Of a stretch of 64,000 nt of DNA, positions 1 through 12,965 are shown piece after piece (position 1 is the stretch's first letter; the number at the start of each line of letters is the position of its first letter). The translations under genes were made by a program, and so were the position numbers. The notes below the pieces were generated by a model that ran no database searches, was not told the origin of the DNA, and saw only the letters and a list, made by a program, of their open reading frames with translations. The stretch comes from Octopus vulgaris (taxonomy: Eukaryota). The stretch spans positions 36,456,001 to 36,520,000 of the forward strand of contig OX597821.1 in NCBI GenBank assembly GCA_951406725.2, in the 5' to 3' direction.

Positions 1-28
1 TGAAGATGAAGGTGAAGAAGATGAAGAA

Positions 29-67
<39 letters not shown>

Positions 68-359
68 GAAGAAGAAGAAGAACAACAACAAGAACAACAA
101 CAACAGCAACAACAATAACAACATCAATGAGGACGACATCATCAATTTAATTAGTTGATTAGCTTACAGGACATTAACAGAATAAATATATAGCGGAAAA
201 TAACGAATCAACCTTTTGTATTTTTTTTTAGTGATCAAATAGACTGCGCAAATACTTTATAAGAAGTAAACCAAAGTAAGGAAACAACAGAAACTGCGTT
301 GAAATTTATTCGGTCGAACCAAAAATAATCAAAGTTAAATCGCCACGAAAATGCCCGTC

Positions 360-783
360 GGATCTTTTCGGTTTGAACGGCAGTTTTTTCTAGCGGTGTC
401 ATGTGAAATTGTCACCCATAATTATGACCCTAGTATCAATCTATTGAATTTCTATCTGTTTTAGGGTTAGGGTTAGTTAGAGTTAGGGATGGGGGTATCT
501 TTTTTTCTTCACAAATGTAAATAAACCCAATCTGTTTCTTAAATGAGGGACATATTCATACTGCACAAAATGTTTTTTTTACCTCAATAGACTTCAGTGA
601 TTGGTTAAAATTGCAGAAATTGAAGAAGGAAAAACAACAAATATCTAACAAACTATAGAATTTTCTCAATAAAGCCAAGAGAAAAAGATGTTTTATAAAC
701 ACATTCTACCAATATACGAAGTTTAAAAGTGTTTAGTTACGTAGAAATTACGTTAAAAACTGCTGTTCAAACCGAAAAGATCC
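360..783. mobile_element. Non-autonomous DNA transposon (MITE) with ~28-bp TIRs and 8-bp TSD
   Basis: TIRs ggatcttttcggtttgaacggcagttttt / aaaaactgctgttcaaaccgaaaagatcc; TSD tgcccgtc at 352-359 and 784-791. Confidence 0.92.
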
Positions 784-1409
784 TGCCCGTCTAACAACAA
801 ATTCCACAAGCTTAAAACTCAATTCAGAACTTACAATTAATAGAAAAATATGTTTTTAATTTCTGATTCTCTTCCTTCTCGTTTAAGTAACTCTTTGTGC
901 CAAAATATGTATAAACATACATACACACATACATACATACACCCACTTAATCTTCACCTTTTTGATTTTCTTCTCTATACAGTTTTCATCCTCCAACCTT
1001 CTCTAATCCCGTTTTTCTCCCTCTCCTTCCTTCACCGTTTTCTACTTGTCTCTCCTCTCTCTCTTTCCCTCTTTCTCTTTCTCTCTCTCTCTCCCCCTCT
1101 TTCACTTTCTCTCTCTCTCTCTCTCTTCTCATTGCTCACACGTGACCATCGTCCATCTTTATTTTCCTCATGTGACCATCTTTCTTTTCCTGCACGGACG
1201 TTCAAAAGAGCGGACGTTTTTTTCTCCCTCCTCTATATTTTCTCTTTTCAAAAAAATATTTCTCACAGCGTTTTCCTTTAGTTATGGTCTAACGACCATC
1301 CATTTTCGTTTTCGTTCGGTTTCCTCGTATGTCTATACCGTCATGCTTTTGTTCACAACTTTGACCCTCCATAAATCCAAAATTTTATTCTAGAATTTCT
1401 GGGGGCAAG

Positions 1410-1760
<351 letters not shown>

Positions 1761-2666
1761 TATTTACTATATATAAAATCACTGATGTGTTAACAGTATG
1801 TCGTCTCGCTGCTAAAATGTACCATGGAAAAGAAGGTCTCCTTTCCTTGGAATCGTTAATTTTGTGGCCACGCCCCCTCTAGATATTGTTGGTGCAAAAA
1901 TTGCTTCAATTTTGTGATAAATGGCTAGTAGTAGAAATAAGTCAATTTTGAAAAAAATTAAAAACCTTTAATTAAAATAAAATTTTAAAAGAATAACGGA
2001 ATTTTAAAAATTGATTTTAATGAATTTCATCATGTACTTTATTTCTATGAATATTTAAAAATTGATAAATTGTAATGAAAACGCTTTTTGAACAAAATTT
2101 AATAAAATAATAAATATTTTACAAAATTTTATTCAAAGAAGGTCGGTTTTCTATCATTAACTCCAAAAGAAATATCAGTGTCTATTTATTGCACATTTAT
2201 TCTCTATTATTATATTCTACTAAAACAATATTTTGTGGGTTCAACAAAACAACCATTTATAATCATACATTATTTTTCTGATATAGCATGCATAACAAAA
2301 ACTTCTATTGACAACCAGAAAATTAATAGCTTCTTTGAAAAATGGTTATTTTTTAAGCATAAAAATAAAATCCTTTTGCAAAAAAATTTAAATATATAAG
2401 AATCAGGTTATCTTTTAATTGTGTTAATTCTACGAGATCCTCGTGGCTCATGTAGTTTCCGAGGTTTTTCAGTTTCAGGGTCCATGAGTGTTAGAAACAA
2501 ATGAAGATCACCTCTAGATACAATTTTTAAGCGATCGCGAGATTTTGATGGTGAGAAAGGCACTCGGCTAAAACCTGATTCAAGTAGGTAAAAAGTAGGA
2601 AGCGCAATGAAATGTCCTTTTCATTCCTGCTATAGCAATTTCTCTACTTGTTCATAAGTATATATA

Positions 2667-3035
2667 GGCGTAGAAGTGGCTGTGTGGTAAGTAGCTTGCT
2701 TGCGAACCACATGGTTCCGGGTTCAGTCCCACTGCGTGGCACCTTGGGCAAGTGTCTTCTACTGTAGCCTCGGGCCGACCAAAGCCTTGTGAGTGGATTT
2801 AGTAGACGGAAACTGAAAGAAGCCCGTCGTATATATGTATATATGTGTATGTTTGTGTGTCTGTGTTTGTCCCCACCAACATCGCTTGACAACCGATGCT
2901 GGTGTGTTTACGTCCCCATAACTTAGCAGTTCGGCAAAAGAAACCAATAGAATAAGTACTAGGCTTACAAAGAATAAGTCCTGGGGTCGATTTCCTCGAC
3001 TAAAGGCGGCGCTCCAGCATGGCCACAGTCAAGTA
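2667..3035 (+). mobile_element. tRNA-derived SINE family A
   Basis: A-box tggctgtgtgg, B-box ggttcagtccc; multiple near-identical copies in the window. Confidence 0.9.
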
Positions 3036-3074
3036 AATGAGTAAGTTATTGATCCCATGAATAAATTTACCTTG

Positions 3075-3560
3075 TGTTTTTTGATTACAAGAAAGCTTTG
3101 CTATTCAACAAAACTTTCTTGTAGTCTGACATCAACATCAGTCATGCTTGTCCCAAATGGGTCTACAACCCATTTTGTTAATGTTGAAATAATCTGCTTC
3201 TCTAAAGTGGACAAAGACGGAAACACAGGAAATATATAGAACATGGAAGCGATTCACGATGCCTAGTGCATCGACAAATTTCACTTACCAAGAAAGGAAG
3301 AAAATAGTGGTTTCTTAAACGCAGATGACACCATCAGTACAGCGATATTAGTTTCGAAAAAAACTATGTAGTGAGTAGTGAAAGAAGAATTTTGCCTGCG
3401 CCCAGAGACATCTAAAAGGTCACTGGAACAGTAAGAGCTGAAGAGATTACGATCGACATAAGTGACAATTGTTCTTGTGGTAAATGGTGCACTTGGCACA
3501 ATTCCCAAGCTGCAACTTATGGAACTAAAAGATGCTGGAACCGAGCGCGTCTTCTGGTTT
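3075..3560 (+). mobile_element. Decayed R4/Dong-like non-LTR retrotransposon fragment
   Basis: gattacaagaaagctttg (DYKKA, RT motif) and VTIVLVVNGALGTIPK, typical of the restriction-like endonuclease C-terminus. Confidence 0.55.
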
Positions 3561-3668
3561 AAAGATGATATATTATGCTAAATTTCCTCCATTTTCATAG
3601 TTTCAACTCTTGCTTAGGTGGAATAAGGAAAGCTTCCATCGTCGTCGTCGCCATCATCCTCATCACTC

Positions 3669-3721
<53 letters not shown>

Positions 3722-4033
3722 AAAACAAAACAACAGCAGAATAAAATATATAACATTAATGATGCATATAGCTATTTATAATACGTATATTTTAATAATA
3801 GTTTATACTTTAAGAATTGTTTATGCGCCATTTTCAAGCCTAGCCAGGCTCATGGGCCCGGTTTCCCGGTTTCAAAGAATAAGTCCTGGGATAGATTTGC
3901 TCGACTAAAGGCGGTGCTCCAGCATGGCCGCAGTCAAATGACTTAAACAAGTAAAAAGAGTATACATACATCGAAACGAAATAGTGATTTAAACACCTAC
4001 AAAGTCGATAAAAGATACCATAGTAGTGGCAGC

Positions 4034-4099
<66 letters not shown>

Positions 4100-4581
4100 T
4101 GTAGTAGTAGCAGCAGCAGCAGTTACAAAGAAAGCAGTGATAATAAACAACGACAATACGGGTGTATATAATAAAATATAATAATCTGTTCTTTTGTAAA
4201 AGAAAAAATATATATATAAATACATGGTTAAATGCTCCTGGCGGTGGCGTGGGAAATTGTAATGCACGGGTCATTTATGGCAGCTCAAGTATCATCCATG
4301 ATACGTACACCAGTGAAGCTTAGAGAAGGGTAAAGCTTCGTGTTCGTGTAACACTTTACCGTGGTCTGTTGAATACGAGCTGAAACAGGGAACTGAGTTG
4401 AGAGCCGGTCACGATGCGTGTGATATCAAATTCTTGGTATTGGTCTTACTTTCACCAACGCACTGTTTTGTACGCTCTGATTACATTGCGCTTTTCTCGG
4501 CAATGATATACATTTCTTTCTTTCTTTCTATCTATCTTTCACCCCCACTATCTCTCTTTCTCTCTCTCTCACTATACATAC

Positions 4582-4654
<73 letters not shown>

Positions 4655-4746
4655 TATATATGTATATATATATGTATATATATATATATTGTATATATAT
4701 GTATACATATATATGTATATATGTATATATATATATATATTATATG

Positions 4747-4777
<31 letters not shown>

Positions 4778-4802
4778 GTATGTATATATGTATATATATA
4801 TG

Positions 4803-4839
<37 letters not shown>

Positions 4840-5487
4840 GCACACACACATACACACATATGCAATACACATATACATATATGCATACAAGTGCATGTGA
4901 ATGTGTGTGCGCGTGTTTGTATGTGTGTGTGTGTCTGTGCGTGTGTGTGCGTGTGTGTGTGTACGTGTGTTCAGGCATGTGTAATCGAGTGTTGTGAATA
5001 TATTTGTATCGTGAATTAACACCAGATATACGAGTCTACGATTGTAAAATGATGAACTCGCTGCCATTGGAGTCGATGACTCGACACCATTCGTGCCGAG
5101 TCATACAAACTAACTTGACATATTTAAGTGCATTTGGCAGTTTTAAAGAGAGAGAGACAGAGAAAGCAAAAGTAAGTGGCAAATATTAAAAATATAGAAA
5201 AAAAAAGCAATAAATATAACAAAGCAACCCAATGGGATAATGGGTAGAGCTTCAGACAATATAAATACATGGAATCTACGTTCTTTACTTTCAGCATTCG
5301 AATTGTATCCGTAATCAATCATTCATTCATTCCTAGATCATTAAAAGAGTAGCAGTCGTCATAAGTGCACTTTAATGAGAGAGATTCTATTATGTAATAC
5401 ATTCTTGATGAAATAACGTTACAGAACGAAAAAAAAATTGTTAAAATCGACATGAACTCTTCATACCATTCACTAAGAATAAGTACA

Positions 5488-5605
5488 AGGTAAAAATTAC
5501 TACTACCTGCTGTTATAACAAGTTGATGCAGGTAATTTATCCTGCCTCCTCCGACTTATATTTCATGCATTTGAAAAACCCGCATTATTTATGAGATAAC
5601 CCAAT

Positions 5606-5606
<1 letters not shown>
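5488..5606 (-). mobile_element. Mariner end fragment with TIR
   Basis: Reverse complement tattgggttatctcataaataatgcgg matches the TIR at 59454; actacctgc...ttgatgcaggta is also seen at 61451-61483. Confidence 0.6.
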
Positions 5607-5674
<68 letters not shown>

Positions 5675-5704
5675 CGTACGCGTGTGTACATATATATTTT
5701 TTTT

Positions 5705-5758
5705 AACAAAAACTGTCCGACGAACGGGAACGTGAAACTCCGAGTAACAGGTTTTGTT
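5705..5758 (+). ncRNA. Type I hammerhead ribozyme-like motif (U4C core variant)
   Basis: Stem I aacaaaaactgt/acaggttttgtt (11 of 12 bp), core CCGACGA, stem II acg-ggaa-cgt, GAAA, stem III region actccgagt, GUA site. Confidence 0.75.
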
Positions 5759-5824
5759 GAATTTCTGCTGTTTTTAAATAAATTATATATATATATATAA
5801 TATATATATATATACAATATATAT

Positions 5825-5883
<59 letters not shown>

Positions 5884-6059
5884 ATAAATATTAGGGAATA
5901 AAGCCAAATTTACAGGGAAAAAATCAGATTTAGGATTAAATCCAATTTTATAGTAAAATATTATATAATATTAATTCGAGACAAAACCACTATTTTGCAA
6001 AACAAACAAGGAAAGACTTAATCAATACATAAAAATTTTTAATATAAAGAAATAAACCG

Positions 6060-6102
6060 CCACTACAATCGTTTCATGTCTTCAATGACATTCGTCAGGT
6101 GG
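6060..6102 (-). ncRNA. Type I hammerhead ribozyme motif (inverted copy of 6343-6385)
   Basis: Exact reverse complement of the 6343-6385 motif. Confidence 0.85.
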
Positions 6103-6342
6103 ATTTTCGATCTCCTAATCTGTTTTAATTTGTACACCCCTCTGTCCGGCATTCGTCATGATTGATCGCTAGCCACTACACATTCTTTATTTTCTCTCCT
6201 TGTTTCTTTCTGTGTTCCTTTCTGTGGAATAGCATATTAAAAATTTTTATGTATTGATTAAGTCTTTCCTTGTTTGTTTTGCAAAATAGTGGTTTTGTCT
6301 CGAATTAATATTATATATTAAACAGATTAGGAGATCGAAAAT

Positions 6343-6385
6343 CCACCTGACGAATGTCATTGAAGACATGAAACGATTGTAGTGG
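6343..6385 (+). ncRNA. Canonical type I hammerhead ribozyme motif
   Basis: ccac-CTGACGA-atgtc(attgaa)gacat-GAAA-c gatt g-TA-gtgg. All core nucleotides and three stems are present. Confidence 0.85.
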
Positions 6386-6481
6386 CGGTTTATTTCTTTA
6401 TATTAAAATTTTTTATGTATTGATTAAGTCTTTCCTTGTTTGTTTTGCAAAATAGTGGTTTTGTCTCGAATTAATATTATA

Positions 6482-6572
<91 letters not shown>

Positions 6573-6581
6573 GTGTGTGTG

Positions 6582-6790
6582 TAGGGAGAATTCACAAATA
6601 AACAAAAGACGAAGACAGGTGGTGTAAACAACAAACAGATGTATTAGTTTAATGCTCGGGAAGTGAAAAAAGTCTTCAACGTTTCGAGCCTATGCTATTC
6701 CACAGAAAGGAACACAGAAAGAAACAAGGAGAGCAAATAAAGAATGTGTAGTGGCTAGCGATCAATCATGACGAATGCCGGACAGAGGGG
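6582..6790 (-). mobile_element. Penelope-type terminal repeat, CTGTNGA-hammerhead family
   Basis: Homologous to 7238-7447, 35238-35425 and 58521-58710; decayed hammerhead at 6673-6710 on the minus strand; ends at a microsatellite. Confidence 0.7.
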
Positions 6791-7235
6791 TGTACAAAAA
6801 AAGTTTAGAAATTATAAAAAAGTTACGAAAAGTTCAAAAGTTTCAAAAGCTTCTTGGTGTATTGGAGCGATTTTTCATCAACAGGAGTCCAGTATAATCC
6901 ATGGGCAGAAGAGATATATACACCCACCCACACCACGCTGTTGTAATGCTTCAAACAGCTTACAAGGACGCTGCCATATGCAAAACACAAATTTACGGGT
7001 GGTTTCCACGCTTTAAAAATTGACACTTGTCGCTTGAGAACCAACCTCGTTCAGGGCGACTGTCGATCTCCCGAACGAATGAAAACATCGAGAAAATTCA
7101 TGAACTGATATTGGAGAACCACCAGCGAACATTTGATGAATTTGTTGATATGACTGGTGTGTCCTGGAACCCCTGCCAACGAATTCTGAGCGAGGAATTA
7201 CGAATGAAAATAGATGCAGCAGAATTTGTGGTCAG
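6790..7235 (+). mobile_element. Mariner transposase 5' fragment (pseudogene)
   Basis: Translation SLENQPRSGRLSISRTNENIEKIHELILEN..RT..E...GVSW..CQRILSEELRMK resembles the mariner N-terminal HTH region. Confidence 0.8.
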
Positions 7236-7237
7236 GA

Positions 7238-7447
7238 CGCCATGATAGATCGTTAGCTCCTTCACGCATTTTTTTCTCTCCTTGTTTCTCTCCTTATTTT
7301 TTTTTCTGTGTATCTTTCTGTCGAAGAGCGTAGGCTCGAAACGTAAAAGACTTTTTCTATTTCTATTCCTGAGCGCTATACTAATACATTTGTTTGTTTG
7401 TACTCCACCCGCCTTCGTCTTTTGTTTATTTTCGTAAACTTTCCCGT
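7238..7447 (+). mobile_element. Penelope-type terminal repeat with hammerhead variant at 7313-7350
   Basis: tcttt-CTGTCGA-a-gagc(gtag)gctc-GAAAC-GTA-aaaga; ends in a (TATG)n tract. Confidence 0.75.
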
Positions 7448-7550
7448 TATGTATGTATGTATGTATGTATGTATGTATGTATGTATGTATGTATGTATGT
7501 ATGTATGTATGTATGTATGTATGTATGAGCACTCTACAGATATTTATACC

Positions 7551-7755
7551 CTTAATGTAGTTCTCGGTGAGATTCAGCGTGACACAGAATGTGACCAGGC
7601 TGTCCCTTTTAATTAGAGGTACAACTTATTTTTGCCCTTTGGGTGAACTGGAACAACGTGAAACAAAGTGTCTTGCTCAAAGACACAATACGACGTTGAG
7701 AATTGAACTCAGGACCTTACGATCATGGGTCGAATACCCTAACCGCTGATCGACG
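7551..7755 (-). mobile_element. tRNA-derived SINE family C
   Basis: Homologous to 11470-11678; B-box gagttcaattc on the minus strand. Confidence 0.8.
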
Positions 7756-8065
7756 TATATGTGCGTAATACACACACACATAAACACACCGAATCGATAC
7801 AAGTAAAGGAAGCCAATCGGAAGATAGCCACACAACTCACAAACACACTCACACACACATACACACACACACACACACATATTAAATTTGTTTTGGGGAT
7901 TGGATCTCGAACTACATATGAAACTGTATATTACACCATGTAAATATTGGGATGAAAAAGCATTTTTGATAGAAAAATTTTTTAAGGTTGCACATCTATC
8001 TCACGATCTATCTATTTGTATATCTATCTGTCTGGGTTTCTCTCTCGGGGTATCTCACGATATAA

Positions 8066-8130
<65 letters not shown>

Positions 8131-8223
8131 TGTGTGTGTGTACGAATGTGTTTCCATTCGGACGTGTCTACCTGTTTGTATGCACGTGTGTGCATGTGTA
8201 TATATATATATAAAGTATATTTA

Positions 8224-8277
<54 letters not shown>

Positions 8278-8696
8278 TATACATACGCACACACACATGC
8301 ATAACTCACTTATTTTCCCTATGCGTGATACGAAAGGAAAACCGCCAGAGGATTTTATTACTAAATACGGTACAAAGTTTATGAAGAATTTCTAAAGCAA
8401 ATTCAAGCTAGAAAAGAAAACCTTTAAAAGAAGGAAAGAAAAATAAATAGAAACACTTTATGTTGTTAAATGTAGCCATTTTCTGGTTGAATAGTCAAAC
8501 ATTTAAAGCACATTATAGTATTTTTGTGTTGGAGAAGATATCGCTTTGGTTTAAAATGTTTTCTTATCTGCTTCTTTGCTTTTCATTCTGATATTCTTTG
8601 AAAAACAAGATTTTGTCTTTTCTTTTATCAGACTAAGAATACGTTGTGTCCGTGTGTACGTGCGTGTATTCATACCCGCTTACATACCTATATATA

Positions 8697-8781
<85 letters not shown>

Positions 8782-8849
8782 CACACACATACATATATGT
8801 AGTATGTATGCATATATATATTTACATTCATATAGACATATGTATATGC

Positions 8850-8896
<47 letters not shown>

Positions 8897-9522
8897 AATA
8901 TATATGTATATATATACAAACTTACACACACATGCACACGCTCACACACACACACCTATTGTATTAATTCATTTTACTAGGATTACAACAAACATTATAT
9001 AAGTGACAGATTTTTGGTCTGTAAAAGGTTTTTTTCGTTTCTTTGTTTCTTTTCTTTTTGCTTCACGACTGCGTTCGATTTATCTTCATAATTACATGTG
9101 TTTACATTCATCCTGTGAGTTATGGTGATATGCTTATGACGCTGAAAGAGCATTAAAATAATGGTCACTTCATTAATTTATTATTGTTTGTTTTCTGTAT
9201 ATTTTTGATAGTAAATGTCTTCTTGTCGACCATCCTTAATCTTTACAAGGTGCTGTTATTGTCTTTAGTTACATAAGTTGTGAGAGTGAACACAACTTCT
9301 TTCTTCGTTATAATGGCAACACTGTAAGAATATATTATGCTACTACATTCCACAACACTATTCAAGCTTAGTCTCGAATTCTTACATTTCCATATAGTGG
9401 TACGCTGTAAAACAAATGAACAACAGAGCCTCTTTCAAGTCGCTCGATGCGTTAAAACCGGCAGCCAAATCTCCCTCAGAATATACTTGCCGTTTATTTA
9501 TGGACACGAAATAATATAGTGA

Positions 9523-9839
9523 TATCACATGATCACATGACCAACCAGGCTATCAGATGTCGATACACATCGCTGGTCACAATGCACTTCGCATTGTTTT
9601 AGTCTTCAAATGACGCCATCCCGCTGGCTAAGCGAGCAGGCCAACAGAAGAAAGAGTGAGAGAAAGATGTGGCGAAAGAGTACAGTAGGGATCGCCACCA
9701 CCACCACCCCTGCCGGAGCCTCGTGGAGCTTTAGGTGTTTTCGCTCAATAAACACTCACAACGCCCGATCTGGGAATCGAAACCGCGTTCTTACGACCGC
9801 GAGTCCGCTGCCCTAACCACTGGGCCATTGCGTCTCCAC
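9523..9839 (-). mobile_element. tRNA-derived SINE family D
   Basis: Minus-strand head tggcccagtggttagggcagcggactcgcggtcg...ggtttcgattccc; its 3' part recurs at ~12800-12910 and ~49295-49398. Confidence 0.85.
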
Positions 9840-10461
9840 AATATATGCTTCTAAAATACGTAATACCTTATAGTTGGAATACCTTTGTTCAGAGGACTGC
9901 TTTTATAGAGATGACTGTTGGCCTAAAGAACAACACAAGTACGACGGTTACTACACCAACCTCAGTCTTTCTAAACAAGACCACCTCTAATAAAACAGTA
10001 TTCTTTAAGAACGAAACATAAGTTCCAAGCTAAAGCAAAACCTGATGCGTTTTAGACATTTGCTTGAAATAATTTTATTATATGTATGTATGCCAGCAAT
10101 GTAACAGAAGCAAGAAAGTTTCAACAGCCAATGTAACTGGATGAAAATGAATTTACTGATAATTACCGTACGCTGAACGTCTAGTGAACTTATTATATGT
10201 TTGTAGCATTTCCTTCAAAATAGCACACTATCATACTGGATTCAAATTGTAGCCGATACATTAGATTATTCAGTTCACAAGCAAGTGACCAGTTGAAAAA
10301 CAGGTATGCTAGAAAACTAAACTTAATGTCGTACATCTACAGAAAGGGTTTTCAGTGTTTAGAATTCTATCTCATACAGTAAAAGGTGCTGTACCTAGTG
10401 AATATATATAGCCACGGGCTAACCGATGCCTTGTAACTGAATTTAGTAGCCGGAGGCCCAT

Positions 10462-10493
<32 letters not shown>

Positions 10494-11046
10494 TGTATGT
10501 ATGTATGTATCTATGTATGTATGTATATATGTATGTATGTATGTATGTTTGTATGTATGTATGTATGTACGTTTGTATGTATGTATGTATGTGTGTTTGT
10601 ATGTATGTATGTATGTACGTGTGTATGTATGTACGTTTGTATGTATGTATGTATGTATGTACGTTTGTATGTATGTATGTATGTATGTACGTTTGTATGT
10701 ATACCTATATATATTATATATATGTATATGTATATATATGTTTGTGTATGTGTGTGTAAGTGTGTGTTTGTGCGTGTGTCTGTGTGCGTGCGTGCGTGTT
10801 CGAGCGTTTGTATGTGTGTGTATCTGTGTCTGTGCTTGAGTTTATGGTTGTGTTTGTCTACAGCGATTAACAACTAGTGTTGGCTTTGTTATTCCCCCCG
10901 TAACTTAGCGGTTCGATGCGAGAGAAGGAAAGAATAAGTACCAGACTTGAAAAAATTATTGAGGTTGATATTTTTGACTAAACCGCTCGAGATGGCGCTC
11001 CAGCATGGCTGCAGTTCAATGGCTTGAACATGTAAAAGATAATACG

Positions 11047-11148
<102 letters not shown>

Positions 11149-11469
11149 GAGAGAGAGAGAGAAAGAAAATGAGAGAGAGAGGGTGGTACTTTTCCGTGAA
11201 GGTAAGATCAACAAAAAAGTTCTCCATCCGGTGAGAGATAAATATTGTTTAATGTACACAGGATACAGTTATAATAGTATCCTAATAGTTTCATACGTTG
11301 AAGATATTATTTAGGCAGGTTTTAACACAAGCCTAGTGTCTCCAAGCAATCTTCGGGCTTAGACCATATGACTTATACAAGTCACAAATCAGGACAATAG
11401 AACAATAATGTCTAGATTTGCGACTTGCACAGGCAATATGCATACGGCATTCCACAGACACTTATACCT

Positions 11470-11678
11470 TTAACGTAGTTCTCGGGGAGGTTCAGCGTGA
11501 CACAGAATGTGACAAGGCTGGCTCTTTGAAATACAGGTACTACTCACTTTTGCCAGCTGACAGGATTGGAGTAACGTGAAATAAAGTGTCTTGTTCCAGG
11601 ACACAACGCGTCGCCGGGAATTGAACTCACGACATTGCAATCGTACGCCAAATGCCTCAACCACTAAGCGACGCGCCA
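11470..11678 (-). mobile_element. tRNA-derived SINE family C
   Basis: Minus-strand head ggcgcgtcgcttagtggttgagg...gagttcaattccc; core gtgtcttg..caggacacaac. Confidence 0.85.
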
Positions 11679-11707
11679 TACATACATGTGTGTGTGTGTT
11701 TGTGTGT

Positions 11708-11752
<45 letters not shown>

Positions 11753-12613
11753 CGTGTGTGTGTGTGTGTACAATTGTGTGTGTACGTGTAAACGAGCGGG
11801 ATTCGCAACATAAAGGCAATATTTATAATAGATTGTGAAGTTTGAATACCATCTAATAGAAGAAAACCATAACTCACGAGAACTCTTCTTCTAGGCTCCT
11901 TACACCGGAAAAAACGACGAGATGATCTCAGGAAGTATCCTTAATATTCCCGACAAATTAACCGCAAGAATTAGCGGGAATCGGAAATATATTTAAGGCT
12001 TAAATCATAAATGTGACGCTATGAATAGAGAAAATCCCAACAGATTCTGTAATATAAAAAAAAAAAACAACGATAAAACCCTGTGTTAAATAAACTTAAG
12101 CAACAAATAACGAATAAGATTTTATACCGATATACATATTGATTTTGATGCAATGGTATAACAATATAATAAACCCATAACATTTACATTCACATGTATA
12201 TTGTATATGTATTGATTGTTCTATGTGGATAACGAGTTTCAGATTTATAGGAAAGAAGAGAGATGGCAGTGTTAAAGTTGGTTGCTTTATTATGAACACT
12301 ACAGAAATAGATGTAAGCAATGTATGATCACCAGAACCAGGCATTGAAACCTTATAGCTAAATCAGCTCACCGGAAACTTGTTCAACTTCCACTCTACAC
12401 TTCTTTGCACACGTACAAATACATAGAATTTGACAATCATACATTGTTTTGTTTTTTCGTTTTGTTTTGTTTTTTTACTTAGATATGCATCTTCCACATT
12501 CTTTGCAGAGGATAAATAGGAAATTATGACGTCCACATATAACAAAAAAAAAATAAAAGAAGAAAATTTTTGTAAATTAAATGTGGCTTGATTTTTTTTT
12601 CTTAAGTTATACT

Positions 12614-12929
12614 GAGTGGCTGTGTGGTAAGTAGCTTGCTTACCAACCACATGGTCCCGTGTTCAGTCCCACTGCGTGGCACCTTGGGCAAGTGTCTTCT
12701 ACTGTAGCATCGGGCCGACCAAACCCTTGCGAGTAGATTTGGTAGACGGAAACTGAAAGAAGCCCGTCGTATATATATATATATATATATATATTATCAT
12801 CGTCACCGCCCAGGCTATCAGATGTTGCTACACATCGCTGGTCACAATGCGCTTCGCATTGTTTTAGCCTTCAAATGACGCCACCTCGCTGGCTAAGCGA
12901 ACAGGCCAATATATACACACATATATATA

Positions 12930-12965
<36 letters not shown>

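Noticed and set aside
1-120. Acidic/poly-Q-looking reading frame (EDEGEEDE...QQQ)
   Set aside because: A trinucleotide microsatellite mosaic ending in a stop, with no splice or homology support.
4323-4440. Open frame containing NTLPWSV as a candidate PRDM1 first exon
   Set aside because: No convincing similarity to the Blimp-1 N-terminus and no start codon.
9760-9839. tRNA-like sequence on the minus strand
   Set aside because: It is the head of a SINE that continues into a repeated body; there is no complete cloverleaf.
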